A stretch of 64,000 nucleotides of DNA from Chloroflexota bacterium (GTDB taxonomy: Bacteria; Chloroflexota; UBA11872; VXOZ01), in contig OY760183.1 of the NCBI GenBank assembly GCA_963663275.1, positions 256,001 through 320,000 on the forward strand. The letters run 5' to 3'. The first letter of the stretch is position 1. The number at the start of each line of letters is the position of its first letter. The notes below the pieces were generated by a model. It was given only the letters and a program-made list of their open reading frames with translations. It had not been told where the DNA came from and made no database searches. A program made the position numbers and the translations under genes. Below are positions 47,831-58,519 of this stretch, piece by piece.

Positions 47831-49108
47831 CTATCCCACCGAGACCGGCGCCTCAATGCGCGGGATGGTGGACGACGCCCGCGGCATGATACCGATGCGC
47901 GGGCGGCCGGCGACACCCTCTAGCGCCGCTGTCAGCGCGTCCTCGATCGTCAGCGCGGGGATCAGGTGCAGTGTGCGCGCCTGCTCCGGCGCGACGCCGC
48001 CGGACACAAGATACGTCCGCGCTTTCACCAGGCTGCGGGCAAAGAGAAACGCCTTGTGCGCGCCCATGCGGAAGCCCTCCTCCTCGAAGCGCGCAATCAC
48101 GTCGTGGGGCGTCCTGGCGGCGGCCATCCACGCCTCGTAGAGCGCGTCGCCGGCCCCTTCCCGGCACTCCGCCGCCAGAATGACGCTGCCGCCGGGCCGC
48201 GCCACTTCGCAGGCGTGCGCCAGCGCCTTCTGCGCCTGGTAGAGATTGATGTCCTTGGGATAACCGCCGGGGGACGCGATCACCACGTCCATTGGGTGGG
48301 GAACCGCCGTCTCGCAGACCTCACGCACCAGCGGAATCGCCGCCGCCAGCACCTCATGCGGCGCGCCGGCGAAGACGCGCACGATCTCATTCGCGGTATT
48401 CAGGACGACGTTGATCACCAGGTCTATCGCGAGGAAATCGGTGAGTTCGTCGATGTCGGCGCGCACCGGATTGCCGTCGTAGACGCCCAGCTTTGCCGCC
48501 GGATCGCTGAGCATTGAGTGGTTCGCGGTAATCGTCTCGCCGCCGCCCAGGCCGATGAACGCGCCCTTGCAGCCGCCGGTGTAGCCGACGAACTGGTGCG
48601 GATCGATCATGCCCACGATGATGCGCGTGTCCGCCTGGGCAAAGGTCCGGTTGACGACCACCGGCGTGCCCCGGCTCGTTGTGCCCAGACGCGCAAGTTG
48701 CGCCGGGTCGTCGTAGACGTGGGAAGACACCCGATAACGCCGGGCGATCTCCGCGCCAACCAGCCGCGGAAACTCGCCGGGCGCCGCCGGCCGGTGATTG
48801 CCAACGCCGACGATGATGTCAATTTGCTCCGCGCGCACGCCGCGCGCGCGCAAGTGGGCGAGCAGCGGCGGCAGAATGAGGTGATTTGGCACGGGCCGGG
48901 TCGCGTCGCTGACGGTGATGGCGGTCGCGCCGGGGCGTTGCAGCGCGCCGCGCGCCAACGCCGCGTCCAGCGCCCGCTCCACTGCCGCTTTGGGCTCAGG
49001 CGCGCCGGCAACCGCGCGCGGCTCGATCAGCGTCACGTCCGCCGTCTCCGGCACGGCAAACGTCACGCTGCCTGCGCCATACTTCACCGCATACTCGGCT
49101 GTAGCCAC
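47831..49108 (-). CDS. larA: Nickel-pincer (NPN)-dependent LarA-family racemase/epimerase
   Basis: SDATRP, GNHR, PHQFVGYTGGCK, GGYPKDINLYQAQK. GTG 49108 after GGGAG; start uncertain. Confidence 0.85.
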   Translation of the reverse strand: MATAEYAVKYGAGSVTFAVPETADVTLIEPRAVAGAPEPKAAVERALDAALARGALQRPGATAITVSDATRPVPNHLILPPLLAHLRARGVRAEQIDIIVGVGNHRPAAPGEFPRLVGAEIARRYRVSSHVYDDPAQLARLGTTSRGTPVVVNRTFAQADTRIIVGMIDPHQFVGYTGGCKGAFIGLGGGETITANHSMLSDPAAKLGVYDGNPVRADIDELTDFLAIDLVINVVLNTANEIVRVFAGAPHEVLAAAIPLVREVCETAVPHPMDVVIASPGGYPKDINLYQAQKALAHACEVARPGGSVILAAECREGAGDALYEAWMAAARTPHDVIARFEEEGFRMGAHKAFLFARSLVKARTYLVSGGVAPEQARTLHLIPALTIEDALTAALEGVAGRPRIGIMPRASSTIPRIEAPVSVG

Positions 49109-49526
49109 GTACCCAATACTCCCCACAAGCGCCGCCAGGCCTCGCCCATGCTGTCGCACAGAACTCATGAGCATCGTACCACCTGTTCATGCTTCGACAG
49201 GCTCAGCACGAACGGACGCCCTCAAGCCGCCATTCCCGGGCAAGCGGGAATCCATCTTCTCATTCCGTGGGTGTAGGGGCACGACATGTCGTGCCCCTAC
49301 ACCCACGCGCGGCGCGGCAGGCGGGGGACGAGCCCCCGAGACAGTTGTCCACGTATCCACGCCAGCCGTCATTGCGCGCAGGCGGGGGACAAGCCCCCGC
49401 GCTACGTGGCTCCGGTTCCCTCTCCCACTGGGAGAGGGTTAGGGTGAGGGTGAATCCTCCTCGGTGCGCTCGCCCATAGTATTCCGCTGTATCGTGCTAC
49501 ATTCGACGCGACCGCGCAAACCCTTG

Positions 49527-49854
49527 CGAGTCTTTGCAGAACGCCGTCACTCCGGCGAAAGCCCGCCCCCGTGCGTGGGCGCAGAATCCAGATCGCTTTT
49601 ACAACCAAAGATAGCATGAAGTCAATTCCTTTCACCCCCATCCCAGCCTTCCCCCTCAATGGGCTGACAGGGGTATGTATTCTATAATCGACTTCACGTG
49701 TCATTCCGAACGGAGCGCAGCGGAGTGAGGAATCTATAGTGCTGAGCCAATCAGACTTCCCGTAGCATGGATTCTAGATTCCTCGCTCCGCTCGGAATGA
49801 CATTTACATACCCTTGTCAGCCCTCAATGGGGAAGGGGTTGTGCAGAGGTCTCC
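49527..49854. mobile_element. MITE family 1 with nested family 2 element (49661-49823)
   Basis: Outer ends flanked by TTG/TTG. Inner element flanked by TCAAT/TCAAT. Confidence 0.82.
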
Positions 49855-49955
49855 TTGGGCAGCGGGTCGGGGAAGCGGCCGGGCCTTGCGCCGGTGATAC
49901 GCCTGAACGAGTGTAGCGGCTTCTGGTAGGAGAACTCCGGTTCTCGCCGGTCGCG

Positions 49956-51761
49956 CTAGCGATAAGCGGCCGCTTGGAGCCGGTAGAGCGCGGCGTATTC
50001 GCCATTGGCGGACAGCAGCGCATCGTGCGACCCCTGTTCCACCAGGCGGCCTTCCCGCAGCGCCAGGATGCGGTCCGCGATCCGGCACGACGCCAGCCGG
50101 TGCGATATGAGAATAGCGGTGCGCTCTTGCGCCAGGTCGGCAAAGTGGGCGTAGACCGCCGCTTCGGCCTTGGCGTCCAGGGCCGCGGCCGGTTCGTCCA
50201 GGATGAGAATCTCGGCGGGGCGGAAGTACGCCCGCGCAATCGCCAGTTTCTGCCACTGTCCCACCGAAAGTTCCACGCCGGCGTGAAACTCCTTGCCCAG
50301 CGGCGTCTCCAGGCCGCACGGCAACTCCGCCGCCACCTCGCTTGCGCCGCTGCGCCTGAGCACCGCTTCCAGGCGCTCTTTGTCACCGGCCGCTTCCAGC
50401 CAGCCAAAAGTGACGTTCTCCTCTACCGTCGTTTGGTACCGCAGGAAGGACTGAAACACCGCGCCAAACTTCGCGTGCCAGTCGGCGGGCGCAATTTCAT
50501 TCAGATCAACGCCGTCTATCAGAATGCGGCCGGCCGTGGGCCGGTAGAGGCCCATCAGGAGCTTGACGAGCGTGGTCTTGCCCGCGCCGTTCTCGCCCAC
50601 CAGGGCAACCCGCTCGCCGGGCCGGAGCGAAAGGCTCAAGTCGGCAAGCGCCGGCCGTTCCGCGCCCGGATAGGTAAAGGAAACATTCTCGAAGACGATC
50701 GGCTTGGCCAGCGGCCCATCCAGTCTCCGTCCGGCTTTGAGATCGACACGCGGGCTATCGATCAGCGTGAAGTAGTCCCGCAAGTAGCGCAGATGGTTAT
50801 AGAGTATGGACGCGCCCCACGTGAAGTCCGCGTAGCTTATCTGGAAAGTCTCAATCGCCGCGAAGAGTGCCGCCGCCGCGCCGATGCTGATGTGGCCGTT
50901 CACCAGCAGGCCGACGCTCACGCCGAGCGCCGCAACGTGCACCAGGCCGTTCATGCCGTCCGAGACCACCGTGCGCCTGGCTTCCTGGGCCGACAGCCGC
51001 AGGCGCTCCTGGTGGAGGCGGCGGCGGAGTTGCCCGGCCTGAGCGAGCAGCCACCGTCCCAGGCTGAAGAGCCGCACCTCGGCGGCCGCCGCGCGACCGG
51101 TCAGCAGGTCGGTATACACCCCAAAGCGGCGTTCGCCCGGGGTTTGCGCGCGCTCCATCAGATACTGCCGGCGCAGTTGCCGCTCGCGCAGCACCATGCC
51201 CGGCGTCGTGCCGGCGGCCAGCAACAGCGGCAGCGCCCAGTGGAATTGCGCCAGGTAGATGAGGAGCGACCCCAGCGTTACCAGGTCGGACAAAGCGTCC
51301 GCTATGAAACCCGTGGTAGCGCCCAGTCGGCCCACGGTCCTGCGCCGCACCTGGTGCAGGAGGTCGTGGTTGCCGTCATGCTCGAACCACTCCAGCGGCA
51401 TGGCCTGCGCCTGCCACAGGCAGCGCTCCTCCACGTAGTTGCCCAATACCTCCTGATGACGGCGGTTGATGATCTCCCGGACGTGCATCACGGCGGCGTG
51501 CAGGATTGCGAGGCAGGCCAGGGCGAGCCCCCACGCGAGGCCGGCCGCCGCGGACGCATTGCCCGCCACCACCTGCTCCGCCGTTTCTATGAGCCGGCGC
51601 AAGACGTGCACCTCGGCCAGGGGAAACAACCCGATGCATAAACTCACAACGGCCAGCAGGATCGTGCCTCCGGCGTCGGCGGCCAAGAGCAATCCCACCG
51701 TGCGCGGCGCATCGGCCAAGCGCCGCCGCGACCGTGCCGCGTTGTCGTGTGCGGCGCTCAT
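49956..51761 (-). CDS. ABC exporter, fused permease/ATPase
   Basis: GENGAGKT, LSVGQWQK, LILDEP, ISHR, N-terminal TM domain. Confidence 0.92.
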   Translation of the reverse strand: MSAAHDNAARSRRRLADAPRTVGLLLAADAGGTILLAVVSLCIGLFPLAEVHVLRRLIETAEQVVAGNASAAAGLAWGLALACLAILHAAVMHVREIINRRHQEVLGNYVEERCLWQAQAMPLEWFEHDGNHDLLHQVRRRTVGRLGATTGFIADALSDLVTLGSLLIYLAQFHWALPLLLAAGTTPGMVLRERQLRRQYLMERAQTPGERRFGVYTDLLTGRAAAAEVRLFSLGRWLLAQAGQLRRRLHQERLRLSAQEARRTVVSDGMNGLVHVAALGVSVGLLVNGHISIGAAAALFAAIETFQISYADFTWGASILYNHLRYLRDYFTLIDSPRVDLKAGRRLDGPLAKPIVFENVSFTYPGAERPALADLSLSLRPGERVALVGENGAGKTTLVKLLMGLYRPTAGRILIDGVDLNEIAPADWHAKFGAVFQSFLRYQTTVEENVTFGWLEAAGDKERLEAVLRRSGASEVAAELPCGLETPLGKEFHAGVELSVGQWQKLAIARAYFRPAEILILDEPAAALDAKAEAAVYAHFADLAQERTAILISHRLASCRIADRILALREGRLVEQGSHDALLSANGEYAALYRLQAAAYR

Positions 51762-53641
51762 GAGTCACGCTCCGAATCCGGCGGCGCGGCGTACCAGCGC
51801 GCTTGCAGGCGAAACATCCGGGCGTACACGCCGCCTCGTTTCAGCAGAGCGTCGTGGCCGCCTGCCTCCACGATGCGCCCATGCGCCAGCACGATAATCC
51901 GGTCCGCCAGCCGGGCCGCCCCAAGGCGATGCGAGACCAGGATTGCGGTGCGCCCGGCCGCCACCCGCGTGAACTGGCGGTAGAACGCCACTTCCGCCCG
52001 CGGATCCAAGGCGGCGGTGGGTTCATCCAGGGCCACGATCTGCGCGTCGCGCAGGTAGGCCCGCGCCAGGGCCAGCCGCTGCCACTGGCCGGCGGAAAGC
52101 TCCATGCCGTCCGGCCACTCTTTGCCGAGCAGGGTCCCGTAGCCATTTGGCAGACCGGCGATAAAGCCGTCCGCCCCGCTTTGGGCCGCGGCGGCGGCGA
52201 CGCGCGGGTGCGCTGTTTCAGACGAGAGGCCACCGCGCGCCAGCAAGGCCGCATCGCCGTAGGCGACGTTCTCGAACACCGTCGTGGGATAACGGACGAA
52301 GTCCTGGAAGACCGCCGTGGCTTCGCGCCGCCAGGTTTCCGGGTCAATCGCGGCGAGGTCTTGCCCGTCCGCCGTGATGACCCCGTGGGTAGGCCGGTAG
52401 AGGCCCAGCAGCAAACGCACCAGCGTCGTCTTGCCGGCGCCGTTTTCCCCCACCAGCGCGATGCGCTCGCCGGGCCTGATAGTCAGGTCGATACCGGCAA
52501 GCGCCGGCCGTTTAGTGCCCGGATAGGTGAAGCCGACGTCCTTGAACCGGATGCCCTCGCGCAGGGGCCGCCGCGGCGCCTGTCCGCCTGCCGGCGCGGC
52601 GGCAGTTTCCGCTTCCAGCGCCAGGAAGTCCCGCACGTACTCCGCATACTGGAGGTCGTCGTACAACTGCTGCAGCGCATTGGCCACGCCGTCGGCCAGG
52701 TCGCGGAACCGGGTCAGGCCGTAGAGCAGCGCCACCAAAGCCCCCAGGCTAAGGTTGCCGGCGAGCGCGAGCAGCAAGACGAAGACGATGAGCAACGCGA
52801 CCGCTTCTTGCGCGGCCACGCTTGCCAGCCCCGGCAGCGCCAGCCGGCGCTGGGCCGACACGATGTCCGCCAGAAAGCGCGTGAAGGCCGCGCGGCGGCG
52901 GCGAATCAGGAAGTCGCTGAGACCGGACAACCGCAGTTCGGGCAGAGCCTCGCGGTCGCTGAGCAGGCGCGACCAATAGCCCATCTCGCGCCGCCGGGGC
53001 GAGTTCTGGTACTGCACGTCCAGCAAATTGTGCCAGGCGTAGGACTGCACGACGCCCCGCGCGCCCATTACCGCTACCAACGCCACGCCAATCAGCCAGT
53101 GAGCGCGGAAGTAGAGCGCCATCAGCCCGGCCGCGCCGATCAGCGACGTGACCAGCCACGAGACGTTCTCCAGGAAGTAGCTGAGGTCGCTCCCGTCCTC
53201 TTTGCCGGCCACCTCCAGCTTGGTGTAGTACTCCTCTTGTTCGAAGGCGCTCAGCGGCAGCGCGACGGCTTTTGCGCAGACCATGTGCTGCACGGCGGCG
53301 CCGAGACGCAATCCCGTCAACTTACTCAGATAGTCCCCCAGCGCGCCGTCCAGGCTGCGAACGAGAAAGGCGGCAAGCAGCACGCAGAGCCACGGCAGTA
53401 TCGCCGGCCAGACGTCAGCCGGCTCGCCCAGCGAGCGCTGCCGCAGCGTGTCTATGAGTCCGCTGATCGCCCACACCACCAGCGGCGTGGTGACGCCGGC
53501 GGCAAAGCTCTGCAGCGCCAGCAGCGTCCCGGCCACGGGAACTTCCTTGAAGAGCAGGCCGGTGACGTAGCCGATGGCGCTGGTTGTGGCCCACAGGCGA
53601 GCGGCGGGGCCGCGCAGCCAGGTGAGGTATGCGAGATTCAT
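51758..53641 (-). CDS. ABC exporter, fused permease/ATPase (heterodimer partner)
   Basis: GENGAGKT, LSAGQWQR, ALDEP, VSHR. 4-bp overlap with the next gene. ATG 53641. Confidence 0.92.
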   Translation of the reverse strand: MNLAYLTWLRGPAARLWATTSAIGYVTGLLFKEVPVAGTLLALQSFAAGVTTPLVVWAISGLIDTLRQRSLGEPADVWPAILPWLCVLLAAFLVRSLDGALGDYLSKLTGLRLGAAVQHMVCAKAVALPLSAFEQEEYYTKLEVAGKEDGSDLSYFLENVSWLVTSLIGAAGLMALYFRAHWLIGVALVAVMGARGVVQSYAWHNLLDVQYQNSPRRREMGYWSRLLSDREALPELRLSGLSDFLIRRRRAAFTRFLADIVSAQRRLALPGLASVAAQEAVALLIVFVLLLALAGNLSLGALVALLYGLTRFRDLADGVANALQQLYDDLQYAEYVRDFLALEAETAAAPAGGQAPRRPLREGIRFKDVGFTYPGTKRPALAGIDLTIRPGERIALVGENGAGKTTLVRLLLGLYRPTHGVITADGQDLAAIDPETWRREATAVFQDFVRYPTTVFENVAYGDAALLARGGLSSETAHPRVAAAAAQSGADGFIAGLPNGYGTLLGKEWPDGMELSAGQWQRLALARAYLRDAQIVALDEPTAALDPRAEVAFYRQFTRVAAGRTAILVSHRLGAARLADRIIVLAHGRIVEAGGHDALLKRGGVYARMFRLQARWYAAPPDSERDS

Positions 53642-53654
53642 GAGCGTTCCCGTA

Positions 53655-53967
53655 GGAGACCTTTGCATAACTCTGTCATTCCGGCGAAAGCCGGAATCCA
53701 GAGTGCTTTTACAACTAAAGATAGCATAAAGTCAATCCATTTCACCCCCATCCCAACCTTCCCCCTCAATGGGCTGGCAGGGGTAGGCATTCTACATCCG
53801 ACTTCACGTGTCATTCCGAGCGGAGCGCAGCGGAGAGAGGAATCTAAGGCTTTCGCTGCAAAAACGTCGGTTCTAGATTCCGCGAACCCTGTTCGACGCT
53901 CCGCTCGGAATGACACGTGCCTACCCCTGTCAGCCCTCAATGGGGAAGGGGTTATGCAAAGGTCTGC
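53655..53967. mobile_element. MITE family 1 with nested family 2 element (53771-53936)
   Basis: ggagacctttgcataa / ttatgcaaaggtctgc flanked by GTA/GTA. Inner element flanked by TCAAT/TCAAT. Confidence 0.88.
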
Positions 53968-54243
53968 GTAGGGTTGGTCGTCGTTTGGCAATTGCCGGGC
54001 ACGGACGGGTTGTGTGGCCGCCGGTCGTCTGCCGCCGCCTGTTGCCCGGTTAGCGCCTAGCGATAGCTCTCCTGCCGTGGAGATCTGAATCGCCTACAGG
54101 CCGCACCGGGTGTGCGCGCCTGGCTGAAGAGGAGAACAAGCAGACGTGCCGCGCCGTGCCGCGCGCGGCAGCGGCGATCAGGCAGCGTCAGGGGAGCCTG
54201 CCGCCGGGCTCGCCGCGGATGGAAAGACCGTGAAGAGGCCGTA

Positions 54244-55734
54244 TTACTTGGGGATGATCACGTTGATGCCAATCGTGTGGGAAACCACGCCGTGGGCGTC
54301 CTCGTCGGTGGTCAGCGTGAACTCGCGCGTCTCGCCGGGGAGGAGATTGCTGACCAGGCCGGTGGCCATGCCTTGCACGCCGCCGGCCGCATCCAGCAGA
54401 GCGCCGGCGAGGTCCAGGCTGTAGGGCCGCGCGCCGTTGTTCGTCACCGCCCCGTGCACCACGTGGAGATTGCCTTCCCGTTCGTAGTGGACGCCGCTAA
54501 AGCTGATGGCGCTTTCGTCGCCGGCGTTCACCGCCAGCGTGCCGGTAAAGCGCAATTCCAGGGCCGCGGGCGCGTCGGACGCCGCGCCTGTGTCCGGAAA
54601 CGGATCGTTGGAAAGCAGGCGCACCGCGCGGATAACACCCGGCGGCAGCGCGGCCGTGTTGCCGGTCGCCTGGCCGATTTCAGCGCCGTCCGCGGCGAAC
54701 GCCAGCGTCACCACGCCGGTCGAAAGCGCCGTGTTGCCGTCGTTGCGCAGGCGCAGGTAGACGCGGAGATTGCCGTGGGGCGAGGCGACGACGGTGGCCG
54801 GCCCCACGATAGCCAACCGATCGGCAAGGCCGCCGGCGCTGATGCGCGTGACGTCAATGCCCGACGGCGCGTCCGGCAGGGTCTGCGGCGGCGGTTGTTC
54901 ACCGTCGGCGGGCAGTGTCGCGTGGGGCGGGTCCAGCGCGCTCAAGATGGCGTCGGCGGCGTCCAGCGGGGTCGCGGCCGCCCGTGGAATCAGCCCGGCC
55001 TCCTTGGCAATGTCGCCGCCCAGCACCAGCGTCACGTCGCCGGCGTTCGCCCACGGCACCTTGACGTTCCAGTATTGCAAGGCCACGCGCTGGGCGCGCA
55101 TGACCACCATCGGCCCGAAGTCCTGAATGGCCAGCGGCAGGCCGGCGTGTTGCAGCCAGTTGGGATCGGCCAGGAAGCGCGCTTTCAGGGCGGCCCGCGC
55201 CGCGCCCAGTTCCGGCGTATCGCCGGGCTGCGGCTCGAAGACGCGCCTGAGGTGGTTCCGCACCGTGCCTTCCCAGTCGTTGATCGGATCGTCGTCCGAC
55301 CAATCGAAACTATGGGGAATCTGGCGATAGGCGGCCAGCCAGTCGTCATAGCCGGCGGCGGAGAGCATGTCGAACGTGTTGGCGATGTTCACGCTCTGCG
55401 AGCCCGGGTTCCACTGCAAGAGGGCTTTCTGCGTGGCCTGGTAGACGAAACCGTCCAGGATGAAGCGGCTGGAAACCGGATACCCCAGCGCCGAGACGCC
55501 GCCCAGCCGCAGGAAGCCCTGCCAGAAGCCGATGCCGTCATAGTCCGTAATGGCGTAGCCCCGGCCGGTGCCGCCGCCGGTCTGGGTATAGTACCAGCCG
55601 CCGGGCACCACGTAGTCGTCCGCGGTGTCTTCGTGGTCCAGGTGCGCCAGCGCCGGGGCGGCCGCGGCCAGCCACACCAGCATGGCGAGGATAAGGCTGC
55701 TAACCAGGCGCGTTGGCCGTGAATGCGTCACCAT
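54244..55734 (-). CDS. Secreted or surface protein with C-terminal beta-rich (FxLYD-like) domains
   Basis: Signal peptide (..AAAPALA), GGVSALGYPVSSRF segment, Pro-rich linker, GAVTNNG..LLDAAG..LLPGETREF. Confidence 0.6.
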   Translation of the reverse strand: MVTHSRPTRLVSSLILAMLVWLAAAAPALAHLDHEDTADDYVVPGGWYYTQTGGGTGRGYAITDYDGIGFWQGFLRLGGVSALGYPVSSRFILDGFVYQATQKALLQWNPGSQSVNIANTFDMLSAAGYDDWLAAYRQIPHSFDWSDDDPINDWEGTVRNHLRRVFEPQPGDTPELGAARAALKARFLADPNWLQHAGLPLAIQDFGPMVVMRAQRVALQYWNVKVPWANAGDVTLVLGGDIAKEAGLIPRAAATPLDAADAILSALDPPHATLPADGEQPPPQTLPDAPSGIDVTRISAGGLADRLAIVGPATVVASPHGNLRVYLRLRNDGNTALSTGVVTLAFAADGAEIGQATGNTAALPPGVIRAVRLLSNDPFPDTGAASDAPAALELRFTGTLAVNAGDESAISFSGVHYEREGNLHVVHGAVTNNGARPYSLDLAGALLDAAGGVQGMATGLVSNLLPGETREFTLTTDEDAHGVVSHTIGINVIIPK

Positions 55735-55916
55735 GTTTCATCGCCCTGAATTTGGTACATTGGTTAATGGTCGTATGCTCTATGCTAGCGAAAACTGTGC
55801 GCGGCGGCAATGAAGTGTGCTACGCTCAGTGGGTTGAACGGCGGCACGCCCGTGACCGTAGAGGCCGCCTTATCCCCAAGACCGCATAGCCTGAAACACC
55901 CACCGACGGAGGATAC

Positions 55917-56633
55917 ATGAGCCGCGTACCGCGAGCGTGGCTGAAACCGCTCGACGACGACTACAAAGCCAAGCCGCTGCCCGAGCGCAAGCGCCGTCCC
56001 TGGCGCGAGACCGCCTGGGGCCGCGCCGCGATGGTCCCCATTCGCCGCCTCGACCCCTACGTGCGCTGGGAGGAACTGCTGGAGCGCATGGTGCACGGCG
56101 TGATGCTGAACACCGACGTCTTCAAAGACGTGCACGAGGACGAGTCGGGAAACCTGCAAGCGATGGCTGTGGTGCTGATCGTCGCCGTCGTGCAGAACAT
56201 CAGCCTGTTCCTGATCGGCCTCTTCTGGTTCGGCTTCTTTGGCTCCGTGGGCTACGTGGCCCGGGCCATGAGCGACGCCTTGATTTCGTGGGTAATCTGG
56301 CTGGTGGTGGCCTACGCGCTCTGCAAGGTGCTCTTCCGCAGCCGCGCGGGCTTCATGCAACTCTTTCGCACCCTGGCCTTTGCCTACGCGCCCGCGATCT
56401 TCCTCTTCTTCCAGGTAATCCCGCTGTACGGCGTGACGCTGGCCGCGCTCACGTATTTGGCCTTGATCGAATACGGCGTGCTGGCGCTGCGCCCGGCGCT
56501 GAACGGCTCCATCGCCAAGGCGCTGCTGGCCAGTTTCGTCGGCTGGACCGGCCTGCTGGTCGTGAGCTTGATCCTGAGCGAGAGCCAACTCTTCAGCCTG
56601 ATCCAGGAGTGGCTGGCCGAACAACTGGCGTGA
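55917..56633 (+). CDS. YIP1-like membrane protein
   Basis: About 5 TM segments, FMQLFRTLAFAYAP. GGAGG RBS. Confidence 0.65.
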   Translation: MSRVPRAWLKPLDDDYKAKPLPERKRRPWRETAWGRAAMVPIRRLDPYVRWEELLERMVHGVMLNTDVFKDVHEDESGNLQAMAVVLIVAVVQNISLFLIGLFWFGFFGSVGYVARAMSDALISWVIWLVVAYALCKVLFRSRAGFMQLFRTLAFAYAPAIFLFFQVIPLYGVTLAALTYLALIEYGVLALRPALNGSIAKALLASFVGWTGLLVVSLILSESQLFSLIQEWLAEQLA

Positions 56634-56818
56634 ACTGAATGACAGGATGAACGGAGATCCGTCATTCCGGCGGAAGCCGGAATCCAGGGTGTGCGCGGGT
56701 AAGATGGATTCCGGCTTCCGCCGGAATGACGGTTGGAAAAGTCCGCCGCCGCACCTATGCAAAGGCGCCGAAATGACGGTCAAGCAACCTGCCGCCACAC
56801 CTATGAAAGGCCGCCGCC

Positions 56819-57223
56819 ATGAGCCGTGAAGACAGCGAGACTCACGTGAACATCGTGGCCTGGCTGCACATTGGCCTGAGCATTGTGGGTTTCTGCGTCG
56901 CGGCGCTGGTCTTCCTGTTCTTCGTGGTCGTCGGGTTCGGGTTGCTCCTGGCCGCCGGGGACGAACCGGCGTCCCTGGGCATCATAGCGGTAATTGGCAC
57001 GGTGGTCGGCGGGTTTCTCTTTCTGCTGTCGGTCCCGGGGCTGGCGGACGGCATCGGCTTGCTGAAGCGGCAGGACTGGGCGCGCCTGCTGGTGATCATC
57101 ATCAGCGTGCTCCACCTCTTCAACGTGCCCGTCGGCACCGCCGTGGGCGTCTACTCGCTTTGGGCGCTTACCCGCCAGGAAACCGCGGCCCTCTTCAGCA
57201 AGCGCAGCGACCGGCAGGCGTAG
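56819..57223 (+). CDS. Small membrane protein of unknown function
   Basis: Hydrophobic, with GIGLLKRQDWAR and NVPVGTAVGVYSLWAL. Confidence 0.7.
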   Translation: MSREDSETHVNIVAWLHIGLSIVGFCVAALVFLFFVVVGFGLLLAAGDEPASLGIIAVIGTVVGGFLFLLSVPGLADGIGLLKRQDWARLLVIIISVLHLFNVPVGTAVGVYSLWALTRQETAALFSKRSDRQA

Positions 57224-57282
57224 CGCGCCGCGTCCCGGCAACGCCCGCCACAGTCAGACCACAGCCGACCAAGGAGGCAACC

Positions 57283-58341
57283 ATGAGCGTCAGTTCCCGT
57301 CCGTACGTCGATCCCGTAGAAGGACTCATCGCCCGCGCCCAGGCGACCGCCGCGCCCCCGAACCTGCCGTCCGACGCCGCCGGCTGGCCCGCCTGGCGCG
57401 AGCGCACGCTGATACAGGTGCGGGAGATGCTCGGCCCGTATCCCGCTCCCGTTCCGCTCAACGTGGAGGTGGTCGAACGCCACGACGAGGGCACGTACGT
57501 CCGCGAGAAGATACTCTACGACAGCGAGGCCTTTGCCACCGTGCCCGCCTGGCTGCTCACGCCCAAGGACATCGCCGCCGGCGAGCGGCGTCCCGCCATT
57601 CTCTGCGCCCACGGCCACGGCCGCGGCAAGGACGACGCCGCGGGCGTGCTGCCGCCTGAAGACGATCCCAGCTATGAAGCGCAGGCGGCGCGAAAGTCCG
57701 GCGTCGATTACGCCCATCAGCTTGCCGAGCGCGGCTACGTCTGCCTGGCCCCGGACTGGCGCGGCTTCGGCGAGCGCATGGGCCCTGAGGAGTGGCGGCG
57801 CAGTTCGCGCGACGGCTGCAACGCGCTCTACCTGGGCTACGGCTACCTGGGATTCCAGTTGCTCGCCCTGGACGTATGGGACGGCATGAGGGGCATCGAC
57901 CTGCTCCAGGACCTGCCGTGCGTGGATCCGGACCGCATCGGCATGATCGGCCTCTCGTTCGGCGGCACGATGACCACGTATCTCTCGGCCCTGGACGAGC
58001 GCGTCCGCTGCGCCGACATCGTCTGCTACCTCAGCACAATCGAGGACGCCATCGGCCACCGGGGACGGGGCAACACCTGCGGCTCGCAGTTCGCCCGGGG
58101 CCTGTTGACCTTCGGCGACGTCGCGTCCGTGGCCGGGCTGATCGCGCCGCGCCCGTGCCTGGTGGAAGTGGGCGAACTGGACGATTGCTTCGTGAAGGAC
58201 GACGCGCTGCGCTGCTACGCCGGCGTGGAACGCATCTACGCCGCGGCCGGCGCTCCCGACAGGCTCGACCTGGACCTGCACCCGGGCGGCCACGCCTTCA
58301 GCGGCGCGAAAGCGTTCGATTGGTTCGCCCGCTGGCTGTAA
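57283..58341 (+). CDS. Alpha/beta hydrolase (dienelactone hydrolase / Abhydrolase_7-like)
   Basis: HGHG, APDWRGFGER, GLSFGG nucleophile elbow, IAPRP, GGHAF. AAGGAGG RBS. Confidence 0.88.
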   Translation: MSVSSRPYVDPVEGLIARAQATAAPPNLPSDAAGWPAWRERTLIQVREMLGPYPAPVPLNVEVVERHDEGTYVREKILYDSEAFATVPAWLLTPKDIAAGERRPAILCAHGHGRGKDDAAGVLPPEDDPSYEAQAARKSGVDYAHQLAERGYVCLAPDWRGFGERMGPEEWRRSSRDGCNALYLGYGYLGFQLLALDVWDGMRGIDLLQDLPCVDPDRIGMIGLSFGGTMTTYLSALDERVRCADIVCYLSTIEDAIGHRGRGNTCGSQFARGLLTFGDVASVAGLIAPRPCLVEVGELDDCFVKDDALRCYAGVERIYAAAGAPDRLDLDLHPGGHAFSGAKAFDWFARWL

Positions 58342-58519
58342 AGGCCTGTGTGCGCTCGTTGTGTCTGCACCCGGGGACGTTCGCCCTGAGCCTGCGTACG
58401 CTCGTTGCGTCTGCACCCGGGACGTTCGCCCTGAGCCTGTCGAAGGGTGAACGGAAGCGCCGCGCGTTGGCGCGTAGCCGTTCATGCTTCGACAGGCTCA
58501 GCACGAACGGTATTGCAAA

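Noticed and set aside
49956-53641. RiPP/bacteriocin biosynthetic cluster
   Set aside because: The exporters resemble peptide-type ABC pairs, but no precursor peptide, peptidase domain or modifying enzyme is adjacent.
49527-53967. Composite transposon carrying the ABC exporter pair between two MITE copies
   Set aside because: Each MITE has its own matching flanks (TTG/TTG and GTA/GTA), which indicates independent insertions.
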